Of a stretch of 64,000 bases of DNA, positions 52,809-64,000 are shown in pieces. The translations under genes and the position numbers were made by a program. Location of the stretch: positions 103,106,001 to 103,170,000 of the forward strand of contig OX597821.1 of assembly GCA_951406725.2 (NCBI GenBank). The letters are read 5' to 3'. The stretch comes from Octopus vulgaris. Its lineage: Eukaryota. Below the pieces are notes generated by a model that searched no databases, was not told where the DNA came from, and saw only the letters and a list, made by a program, of their open reading frames with translations. Each line of letters begins with the position of its first letter. The first letter of the stretch is position 1.

Positions 52809-52917
52809 AAATGTTCACTATAAAATTATTTTAGCATTTTCTATTTTTTACTTGTTTTTTCATATATATCAACTCGTGTGTTCCTTTTCACCCATATATA
52901 TATATATATATATATAT

Positions 52918-53073
52918 CTTTTTTCTCTCCTTGTTTTTTCTGTGTCCCTTTCTGTAGAAGAGCGTAGGCTCGAAACGTAAAAGACTTTTTCTATTCCTGA
53001 GCGTTGTACTAATACATCTGTTTGTTTTGTACACCACCTGTCTTCGTCTTTTGTTTCTTTTTTAAACTCTCCC
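52918..53073 (+). mobile_element. Penelope-like pLTR fragment with hammerhead motif at 52948-52983
   Basis: CTTT-CTGTAGA-a-GAGC-gtag-GCTC-GAAAC-GTA-AAAG; (TA)n on both sides. Confidence 0.65.
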
Positions 53074-53140
53074 TATATATATATATATATATATATATCA
53101 GTCTGTCAGTCTGTCCATTTATTTGTCTATGTTGCCCCAC

Positions 53141-53219
<79 letters not shown>

Positions 53220-53504
53220 AATACAGACTTGTTACCAGTCCAACTATGCTTGGGGCAGATTCGCATTCGTATGGAAGCCAATCAGCTGTATTTTAAGGTT
53301 CAATTATTTAGTTAAGAATCTCAAAAATACAGCGATTTTCTCTACAGCCATCTCGAAGTACTAAACAACCTCTCGTTGGAAATTTTTACGTTCCTTTTTC
53401 TTTGATACAAGTAGTTTCACACATACACACACACACACAAACACACACATGCACACACACACATACTCACACACAAATACACAGATACACACTCACAAAC
53501 ACAC

Positions 53505-53830
53505 ACATGCGCATTCAAACACATACACATGCGCATTCACACACACTTACATGCGCATTCACACACACTTACATGCGCATTCAAACACATACACATGCGC
53601 ATTCAAACACATACACATGCTCATTCACACACACTTACATGCGCATTCACCCACATACGCATGCGCATTCAAACACATACGCATGCGCATTCACACATGC
53701 AGCGCATTCGCACACACACACAGACTGATACACAGACACACAGACACACACACATGCGAATTCAAACACAAGCATTTACATACGCATACGTGCGTATTCT
53801 CATACACACACATGCGCATTCACCCACACA
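53505..53830. repeat. ~20-22 bp minisatellite (acatgcgcattcaaacacat-like)
   Basis: About ten degenerate catgcgcattca units. Confidence 0.8.
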
Positions 53831-53858
53831 CATACACACACACATACGCACACACACG

Positions 53859-53931
<73 letters not shown>

Positions 53932-54401
53932 TAGTAGCGCACAGCAAAGCTAAGAAATTTACCGATCGAACAACTATGAAACATGTCTACTGCGTTTAAC
54001 AGTCAGCAATTTAATGACAAGAATCACAGTGATAACTTTTCATCCGGATTCAAGTTTTTACTGGAAATTTCACGCTCTCGTAGAATATTTTTATTAGAAT
54101 TTCTTACCCTGCTTCTTGGTTTTAGATTTTTGCCACCAAGGCAAACGTTTTTTTTGTCTTCCTGTTGCAAGGATATTCCCAATGAAGCGAAAATTTTCAA
54201 TGCAGACATGAAGACTAACGCGAATGCTGAGGTACTAGCCATTTCTAGCGTCCTACGCATTGATACGCCTCGATTCTAATGAATACTATAATTAATCTCA
54301 CAACTCTCTCTCTTTCCCCCTCTCTCTCAATATATATATATATATACATACATGTGTGTGCGTGCGTGTGTTTATCATATATATATATACATATATATGT
54401 A

Positions 54402-54432
<31 letters not shown>

Positions 54433-54492
54433 GTGTATGTATATACATGTATATGCATATATGAACATATATATGTATGCATATATGTATAT

Positions 54493-54538
<46 letters not shown>

Positions 54539-54667
54539 ACACATATAATATATATCTATATACATAATATATATATATACTCCATTTATAAGCATACACA
54601 TGTATATCAATATGTATATATATATGTATATACATGTATACATATACATATAAATATATACATATTA

Positions 54668-54700
<33 letters not shown>

Positions 54701-54724
54701 CATACACACACACACATACATATA

Positions 54725-54799
<75 letters not shown>

Positions 54800-54939
54800 T
54801 GCATATTGTTTATGATTACATATAGACATGTGTGGGTAGCCATATTTGTTAATTCCTATTTTCAAATATGTATCTGCATATGTGTGTTCATGTTCTATAT
54901 GCGCTTTCTTTTGTGTATCTGCCCAACGTTATTGCTTCC

Positions 54940-54995
<56 letters not shown>

Positions 54996-55236
54996 GTAAT
55001 AATAATAATAATGATACCGATGAATCATTGTTACCCCATGTAAATAATGCAGCCGTTAGGTTAATACTGTGTAAACTGCCTGGCTCCATCGGTTCTGCCA
55101 ACATTAGAATTTGGCATGAATCCAGACTATATCGCAAACACATTTTCTGATCGACACCTCCAGCTCCATAATTTAGCTAAATTGACCACATATTTGGCAT
55201 ATTAAGCTGCTTATATATACATATATAGATAGATGA

Positions 55237-55665
55237 AGGCGTGGTTGTGTTTTAAGAAGCTTCCTTCCCAAACCACCTGGTTCCGGGTTCAATCTTACTG
55301 CGTGGTACCTTGGCTAATTGTTTCTGCTATAGCCTCGGTTCGACCAAAGCCTTGTGAGTGGATTTGGTAGACTGAAACTGAAAAAGCCCGTCGCATATAT
55401 ATATATATATATATATACATACATACATACATACATATATATTTATATATTTATATATCTATGTGTGTATCTTTGATCCTTGTGTCTGTGTTTGTCCCAC
55501 TATCACCGCTTGAAAAAAAGTGTTTGGTGTGTAGCGGTTCGGCAAAAAGTGTCCGATAGATTAAGTAATAGAGTTAAAATGTAAGTCCTTTTGTCGATTT
55601 GTTCGACTAAAGACGGTGCTCCAGCATCGGCGCACTCAAATAACTGAAACAAGAGTAAGAATAAA
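55237..55665 (+). mobile_element. SINE family A
   Basis: Diverged full-length copy. Confidence 0.8.
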
Positions 55666-55735
55666 TGAATGAAAGAATATATACATACATACATACATAC
55701 ATACATACATACATGCATGCATGCATAAATATATA

Positions 55736-55932
55736 CTCTTTCACTTGTTTCAGTCACTTGACTGCGGCCATGCTGGAGTACCGCCTTTAGTCGAGCAAAT
55801 CGACCCCGTGACTTATTCTTTGTAAGCCTAGTACTTATTCTATCGGTCTCTTTTTGCCGAACCGCTAAGTTACGGTAACGTAAACACACCAGCATCGGTT
55901 GTCAAGGGGACAAACACAGACACACAGACACA

Positions 55933-56022
<90 letters not shown>

Positions 56023-56119
56023 CGACCGGCTTCTTTCAGTTTCCGTCTACGAAATCTATTCACAAAGCTTTGGTCGGCCCGATGCTATAATAGAAGACAC
56101 TTGCCCGAGGTGCCACGCA
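55736..56119 (-). mobile_element. SINE family A
   Basis: Reverse copy, tail-to-tail with 55237-55665. Confidence 0.85.
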
Positions 56120-56156
56120 TTATAGTAACTAATAAATTTATATACAATCATAAATA

Positions 56157-56814
56157 TTTAGGGGTGAAAAGTATTCGTACAGAATAAATTTATGATTTTC
56201 TATGCCACAAAATACTGTTAAAATAATTTTTTTTTACTAGAACTTTCTCGTTTGTTCCAATAATCTTATCAGTTGTCATTTTTAAGTATCAAAACACTAG
56301 CTTCTTCATTCAGCATTGAGACAACATAAAGTAGTATCGTAATAATGGCGAAAAGTAAAGAACTCCCAAACTCAGTGAAAAACTTAATTATTGAACAGTG
56401 GAAAGCAGGTAAAAGTTACAGGAAAATATCAGAGACTCTTTGTATTCCATTTTCTACCATATCTTCATTTATTCAAAGATATAAAAATATCGGGAACTGT
56501 TGAAAACAGAATAAAATCCGGTGCACCATGCAAGATTTCCCCTAGATCTTTAAGAAAAATGAAGCGAAGAATCGGAAAAAAAAACAATGATCACCAGAAA
56601 GAAGTTGCAAGAAGATTTGTTACCTTTAGGGACTAGTGTTACACTACGAACAATCAGCAATGAACTGAAATCACGCCCTCCTAGAAAAACTCCGCTGTTG
56701 ACTAAAAGGCATAGAGATGCCCGTTTAAAATTTGTTTATGAACATAAAGATAAATCTGATGCATTCTGGGAAAATATTCTATGGACAGACGAGTCGAAAA
56801 TTGAATTGTTTGGA
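56157..56814 (+). mobile_element. Tc1-like transposon 5' half (frameshifted transposase from ATG 56345)
   Basis: MAKSKELPNSVKNLIIEQWKAGKSYRKISETLCIPFSTISSFIQRYK...RKTPLLTKRHRDARLKF...WENILWTDESKIELFG; TIR-like ggggtgaaaagtattcgtaca. Confidence 0.85.
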
Positions 56815-57139
56815 GCCATGTTCGAAGGAACAAGATCAGGGCCAGTACTTCGAAAAGCAACTACATGGAACCTGTGGCATCAGAGCAATGTCCTACAGAT
56901 TGCATTCTACAGAGGCAAACTTGGGAACTGACTGCCATGTTCACTTAGAGTTTGAATGCATCGCACCATACTGAAAATCACAAATAAGGAGATAAACATA
57001 AGACTCCGAAGACCTTAGAAATGCCATTCTGCGTGGCTTGCCGGAGACTCCACCGGAAAGAAGAGTGAGACTTGTTAGTCATGTTTTCCGATTGCTAGAA
57101 GAACAAATGCTCAAGATAGCTAGCTGTTCAATGGCTATT

Positions 57140-57730
57140 ACCAGGAAGAAGAGTGACGGAAGAAATAGCTAAGAAGAGAAGGAATTACATGGCCAATTCA
57201 TGCAACAAATCGAAGATGCTGGAAGTAAAGAACAGTGGTTATAGCTGACGGAGGAAAACCTGAAACTAGAAACTCAGTCGCTAATTATAACTACTTAGGA
57301 ATAAGCCGTTACAATGAATCTGAGAAAAAATTGATAAAACGCAGTCACAGAGCAAACGCAAAATCTGTGGAAAAAGAGAAGAAAGTATGAACCAGCCCTT
57401 AAGTGAATGCTGTAAGCTAGCACAAAAGGGTATAAGTGCAGGGATGATGTGCTAGTAAAAGAGAGCATTGAGATGCTAGTCGTGTGTGTAAATTCAAAAT
57501 GACAGTAAAGTGGTATGAACAAGAAGCAGGGGCTGTGGTAGTGAATAATAGTTAGCCAAGGAGTTGATGAATTTGTAGAAGACAAAAATAACAAATATTT
57601 GTGTGGTAATTGGTATACTTGATACAACACCCAAACTACTACCTAAAAGAGTGAAGGGTATTTTGATACGAGACCCGCATATCCGACCGGCAGGAAAATG
57701 CCAAACTGTGTTTTGCAAGAATCCCAACCT
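57140..57730 (+). pseudogene. Decayed R4/Dong-clade LINE C-terminal region
   Basis: ELHGQF...LKLETQSLI...IDKTQSQSKRKICGKREESMNQPLSECCKLAQKGYK...VVIGILDTTPKLL, with stops and frameshifts. Confidence 0.7.
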
Positions 57731-57789
57731 TCTTGAGAATAGAGAAAACTTGTTGCCATCAAACCTGACCTCTGCTAATAAAAAATAGT

Positions 57790-57965
57790 TTTGAATTTTG
57801 CCACAAGGGCAGACATTTTCGAGGAAGGGATGTATAGATTACATCGACCCCCAGTGTTTCACTAGTACTTAATTTATCGACCCCGAAAGGATGAACGGCA
57901 AAATCGACCTCGGCAGAATTTGAACTCAGAACGTAGCGAAGTGCTAACGATTCTGTCAGCTCACC
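57790..57965 (-). mobile_element. SINE family B
   Basis: ttatcgaccccgaaaggatgaacggcaaaatcgacctcggc. Confidence 0.75.
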
Positions 57966-58005
57966 GCAAAAGCCAGCTCGCTGATAACACTACAACTACT
58001 ACTGA

Positions 58006-58037
<32 letters not shown>

Positions 58038-58073
58038 ATACCACCACCACCACCACCACCACCACCACCACCA

Positions 58074-58131
<58 letters not shown>

Positions 58132-58144
58132 CACCACCACCACC

Positions 58145-58178
<34 letters not shown>

Positions 58179-58206
58179 ATAATAATTATAATAATGATGA
58201 TGATAA

Positions 58207-58419
58207 ACCTTTCTACTATAGGCACGAGGCCTGAAATTTTGGGGGTAGGGGTGAAGTTGATTACATCGACTCCAGTAATTCACTGGTATTTAATTTATCG
58301 ACCCCGAAAGGATGATAGGCAAAGTCGACTTCGGCTGAATTTGAACTCAGAAATCAGCGCGGTTGAAATACCACTAAGCATTTCGTTCGGCGTGCTAACG
58401 TTTCTGCCAGCTCGCCACC

Positions 58420-58420
<1 letters not shown>
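58207..58420 (-). mobile_element. SINE family B
   Basis: Full-length reverse copy. Confidence 0.8.
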
Positions 58421-58499
<79 letters not shown>

Positions 58500-58503
<4 letters not shown>

Positions 58504-58628
58504 CATCCTACGCAGAACACTTTCCATACAATAACCATCAGAGTGTCACAACAAATCACAGCACATACCCAAGGCACACAGAGCTGCGCTCGGTAGTGAA
58601 GTGAAAGCACGCTATAAAAATAAAACTA

Positions 58629-58631
<3 letters not shown>
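58500..58631 (+). mobile_element. Extreme 3' end of an R4/Dong-like LINE within (TAA)n
   Basis: HILRRTLSIQ* plus short UTR, (AAT)n on both sides. Confidence 0.6.
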
Positions 58632-58699
<68 letters not shown>

Positions 58700-58738
58700 T
58701 GATAATAACAATAATAATAATTATGATAATAATAATAA

Positions 58739-58887
58739 TCCTTCCTACTGGAGGCACAAGGCCTGAAATTTTGGGGAAGGGGATGAGCCGATTATATCGA
58801 CCGCAGTGCGTAACTGGTACCTAATTTATCAACTCCGAAAGAATGAAAGAGAAAGTCGACCCCGGTGACATTTGAACTCAGAACGTA
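58739..58887 (-). mobile_element. SINE family B, 5' truncated
   Basis: ggcacaaggcctgaaatttt...tttgaactcagaacg. Confidence 0.75.
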
Positions 58888-59236
58888 GAAGTAATAGTAA
58901 TAATTAACACACATATGCATAGTCACCCGAGCGCCCCCTATATACTGGAAGCCGCTTATTGTGTTTGTTTTGGAGTGATAGCGTTTCGATAACCACCACT
59001 TAATGCCATTATCCCCGATCTTAATAAACCATTTCCACAGTATACTTACATAAGCTCGACGTGTGTGTGTATGTGTGTGTGTGTGCGCGCGCGCGCATTG
59101 CGTGTGTGTATGTGTATGTGTGTGTATGAGCGTACACGTGTCTGTGTGTGTATATCTATATCTATAACTATATAACTCTCTGACTCTCTCTCTCTATATA
59201 TATATGTACATGTATGTATGTGTATATATATATATG

Positions 59237-59267
<31 letters not shown>

Positions 59268-59497
59268 ATATATACATGTATGTATGTGTAAATTGCCTCT
59301 CTCACTATACATACAATTTGTCGGTACGTACACATAGACATGTGTACATGCATAAACATATATACACACGGATGCACACGCACACGCACACGCACACAAT
59401 CACACGCACACACATACACATGTACACACGCTTATGTAATATGTATGTATGTATGTATCTATCTATCTATCTATCTATCTATATATATACAAAACAT

Positions 59498-59909
59498 TAT
59501 CACCATCATCATCATCATCATCATCATCATCCTCACCACCACCACCACTACCACTACCACCACTACCACCAGCACCACCACCATAACCACCACAACCACC
59601 ACCACCACCACCAACACCACCACCACCACCACCACCATCATCATCATCCTCATCATCATCATTATGATCATCATCATCATTATGATCATCATCATCGTTT
59701 TCAACTTTTACCAATTTAGTGCCAATTCCCTAACTTCTATATTTGGCGCAATTCCCATTAATTAGAGATCCATTTTGGAGACAAAATGGCAGCGAAATTA
59801 GTAAAACGTTATTAAACATAATCTTCTGTCTTTTTTTATTGTTTTATTATATTTTGTTTTGTTACTTCATATTTTTATTTCCTTTTACTTGATTTGATCT
59901 GCTTATTTA

Positions 59910-59964
<55 letters not shown>

Positions 59965-59984
59965 TTCTTCTTCTTCTTCTTCTT

Positions 59985-60052
<68 letters not shown>

Positions 60053-60140
60053 CATCAACATTTTTATCATCATCATCATCATCATCATTATTATTATAAT
60101 TATTATTATTAATTATTATTATTATTATTATTACTATTAC

Positions 60141-60203
<63 letters not shown>

Positions 60204-60390
60204 CTTTAATCTCTTTTTTTAATTTTAAAAACTGGAAAAATTTTCTAAACGGTGTTGAGAGATATATGGAATTTTTCTGAGGACTGATCAATTTTCATGG
60301 CAGAAGCAATTAATAAGAGATATAGCAAACACAGAAGAGATATTAATAAAAAATGTGTGTTTGTGGTAAGTGGAGGACAAAAGTGAGAGT

Positions 60391-60428
<38 letters not shown>

Positions 60429-60640
60429 AAGAGAGAGGTGGGAATGAGAAGGAAGAAAAACAAACCATATTTTGGCAATAATAATAATGGTGAGAACAAG
60501 TGTAACACAAACAACACATTACTGACATCATCATCATCATCATCATCATCATCGTCATCACCATCATCAGATCTGGCATTTCGTCATCAATAACACCATC
60601 AGCAATATCATCACTATCGCCACCATCGCAAACCACTTCA

Positions 60641-60674
<34 letters not shown>

Positions 60675-61074
60675 TCATCGTCATTTTCAGCATCATGATC
60701 ATGATCATCATCATCATCATCATGATGCTGAGTATCCTACTTCTCCGCACCCACCACTACCGCCGACACCACCACACGACGACAACAATGATGACGACGA
60801 CCACCACCACCACCACCAATACCACAGTTATCCCTGCCACCACTATCACATTCACCTCCACCATGACCACGACCGCTAACACCACCGCCACCATCAGCAG
60901 CAGCAGCACTACCACCACCACCACCACCACTACCACCACCATCATCATCGTCAACATTACCGCCGCCATCATCATCACACTACGCCATCATCATCACACT
61001 ACAATCATTATTGTCATCACCATAATCAACAGCACCCCCATCATCACTACCCCCACCCCCACCCCCACCATACC

Positions 61075-61108
<34 letters not shown>

Positions 61109-61955
61109 TCATCTCCAACACCACCATTGTGGCATCATCTACACCAATACCATACTACCAACACACTCGCCACTCTCACCACCACCACCGACACAGTCAC
61201 TCTCATCACTACTACCACCACCACCACCACCACCACCGCCACTCTCACCACCACCATCACCAACACCACTGCCACCATCACGACGACAACGACGACGACC
61301 ACCACCACCATTAACATCATCATCATCCTCATCATCAATAACAACAACAGCATCCTTTCGTAAACAACGCCATGAATTTGCAATCTCTTAGACAAATAGT
61401 GATGACGAAACAAATTCAAAAATTATTTCAATAACAACATCAAAGACAGCAGAATTATCAAACAACACCCTCGCTACGCCGCCACACCGTCGCTCTACCC
61501 ATGCCACCCCTTCGCAAATATACAAAAATAAATTAATAAAAATTTAAATTGGAAACAATAGCGCATCGTTAAAAGCAAAAAGGAAGAACAAACAAACAAT
61601 AAAACACACACATATATAAACACATATAAAGAAATATGATAAAACAAGAATGATGTTTAATAAAAATTAACAAACGTGATTGTAAAAAAAAAATTATAAT
61701 AAACAGAACACACACATACACACACTTATACACACATATATACACACATATATATATATGTATATATAGTAGAGTACCATCAATTAATACTTCAGACAAT
61801 GAGATCATGAAGCACTGAGACACACACACACACAAACATGTATATATATATATATATATGTATGTATGCATGTATATATATATATGTATGTATGCATGTA
61901 TATATATATATATACATACATGTTTGTGTGTGTGTGCATAAATATATGCGTATAT

Positions 61956-61990
<35 letters not shown>

Positions 61991-62280
61991 CATTCATACA
62001 TATATACATATATATACATATAAATCACAGAAGACGAAGAAAAACAGCAACAACAATGATAACCATAGTAATAATAACAATAACAACAACGATAATAATG
62101 ATAATAATAATAATAATAATAATGACAATAATAATATTGATAATTATGATAACAATAACAACAACAACAATAATAATAATAATAATAATAATAATAGTAA
62201 TAATAATGATAATAATAATAACAATAACAACAATAATAATAATGATAATAATAATAGTAATAATAATGATAATAATAATA

Positions 62281-62325
<45 letters not shown>

Positions 62326-62501
62326 GTAATAATAATAATAATAATGATAACGACAGCAAATAACAACACCAATAATGATAGTATTAATAATAATAATAAT
62401 AACAATGAAAATGATTATAGTAACTATTATGGTGATAATAAAAAATAGTATTGATTATAACAATAATAACAATACTCATGATGATGATGATGATGATGAT
62501 T

Positions 62502-62532
<31 letters not shown>

Positions 62533-62610
62533 CAATAAAAACAAAAGAGCAAGTACTGAAACAGGAAGCTGCAAAACAGCAAACATCAAAATAACCGGAA
62601 AACCAGCGTT

Positions 62611-62694
<84 letters not shown>

Positions 62695-63984
62695 CTATTA
62701 ACTGTATCAGCAACAATATGAACAACAAACGCCAAGAACTGTATTATCGTAAACAAAAGCATCAACAGCAACAACATTAATGGTAACAACAACAGCAACA
62801 ACCGTAGCAAGCACCGATATCCTCCTCCTCTTCATCATCATCATCCTCGTCGTCGTCGTTGTCGTCGTCATCATCATCGCTATCATCATGGTCATCATCA
62901 CCATCATCATCATCATCATCGTCATCGTCATCATTAACATCGACGTCGTCGTCGTCGTCGTCATCATCGTCATCATTACCTCACCATCATCATCATCATC
63001 ATAATCATTATCGTCATCACCACCATCATCATCATCATTAGCATCATCGTCGACGTCGTCGTCATTATCATCATCATCATCATCATAATCCTCATCATTA
63101 TCATAATAATCATCATCATTAACACCATCATCATCATTATCATCACCGCCACCATCGTCATCATATCATCATCACCATCGTTATCATCATCATCATCATT
63201 ATGATCATCATAACCATCATCATCATCACTATCCTCATCGACAAGAATAAGAACATTATTAGCATAATGCGTAAGAACTACTATTACTAACAAGAACAAC
63301 AACATTATCTGCAACAAACAAAAGAAAACAAGATAAAAAACAAATAATGTGAATGAAAAACTACAAAAAGACCCCCTCCCCAAACCCCCACCCCTGATGA
63401 GCAACATTATCAGAAACGAAACCATCGCTATCAGCAACAACAACATCAACACTAACTACAATGATACGGAAAACGGTACAATAGCATCGTCATCCTCATA
63501 ATCGACTATAGCAAGAGCATGAACATCATTCGTATCAGCAAGAGCGACATCAACATCATCGTAGCACTCATCACCGCCACCACCTCCTCAACCATCACAA
63601 CTGCAACCATCACCACGATCACCACGATCATCAGGATCAACACCACCACCTCAAGTACCACAGCCACCATCACCACCACCACCACCACCACCACTACCAC
63701 CACCACCATCATCATCATCATCACCACCACCATCACTACCACCACCGTCAGCAACCACCACCACCACTATCACCACCAGCACCATCATCATCACCACCAC
63801 CACCACCATCATCACCACCACCACCATCACCACGATCACCACTACCAATATCATCACCACCACCACCACCACCACCACCGTCATCATCAGCACCACCACC
63901 ACCATCACCACCACCATCACCATCATCACCATTACCATCATCAGGAGCCGCAGCAGCAGCAGCAGACCCACCACCACCACCATC
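59498..63984. repeat. Extended trinucleotide low-complexity field (CAT, CAC, TAT, AAT, CAA, CTT)
   Basis: Directly visible; homopolymer ORFs in all frames. Confidence 0.9.
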
Positions 63985-64000
63985 AAAGGTGAACGATAGA

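Larger units (their letters stand above)
50796..52893 (+). mobile_element. 5'-truncated Penelope-like element with ~970-bp inverted pLTR
   Basis: 50796-51768 is the reverse complement of 51892-52861; spacer 51769-51891; one-sided tail 52869-52893; (TA)n flanks. Confidence 0.9.

Noticed and set aside
59340-63992. Poly-His/Thr/Asn/Gln ORFs
   Set aside because: Simple trinucleotide repeats typical of this genome's non-coding DNA.

Overview
Eukaryotic, AT-rich, repeat-saturated genomic DNA. The SINE families and extreme microsatellite load look like an Octopus (cephalopod) assembly; this is an inference from recalled repeat families. Almost all listed ORFs are microsatellite artefacts. Recognisable content: three tRNA-derived SINE families (many copies), decayed Tc1, mariner and hAT transposons and MITEs, two non-autonomous Helitrons (one with a paralogous empty site nearby), RTE and R4/Dong LINE fragments (two with 5' inversions), a 40-bp minisatellite, a 100-N gap, and a candidate promoter plus first coding exon at ~18.2-18.4 kb. 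The most striking layer is a dense set of Penelope-like element (PLE) remnants sitting in (TA)n tracts. Several form fold-back inverted repeats with a one-sided tail, including a ~2.1 kb near-perfect palindrome with a GIY-YIG endonuclease fragment. Together they carry about a dozen minimal type I hammerhead ribozyme motifs of several families, with canonical cores and variant cores, including a compensatory U3:A8 core. All calls are by eye; no alignments or folding were run, and element boundaries are approximate unless a TSD or terminus is quoted.
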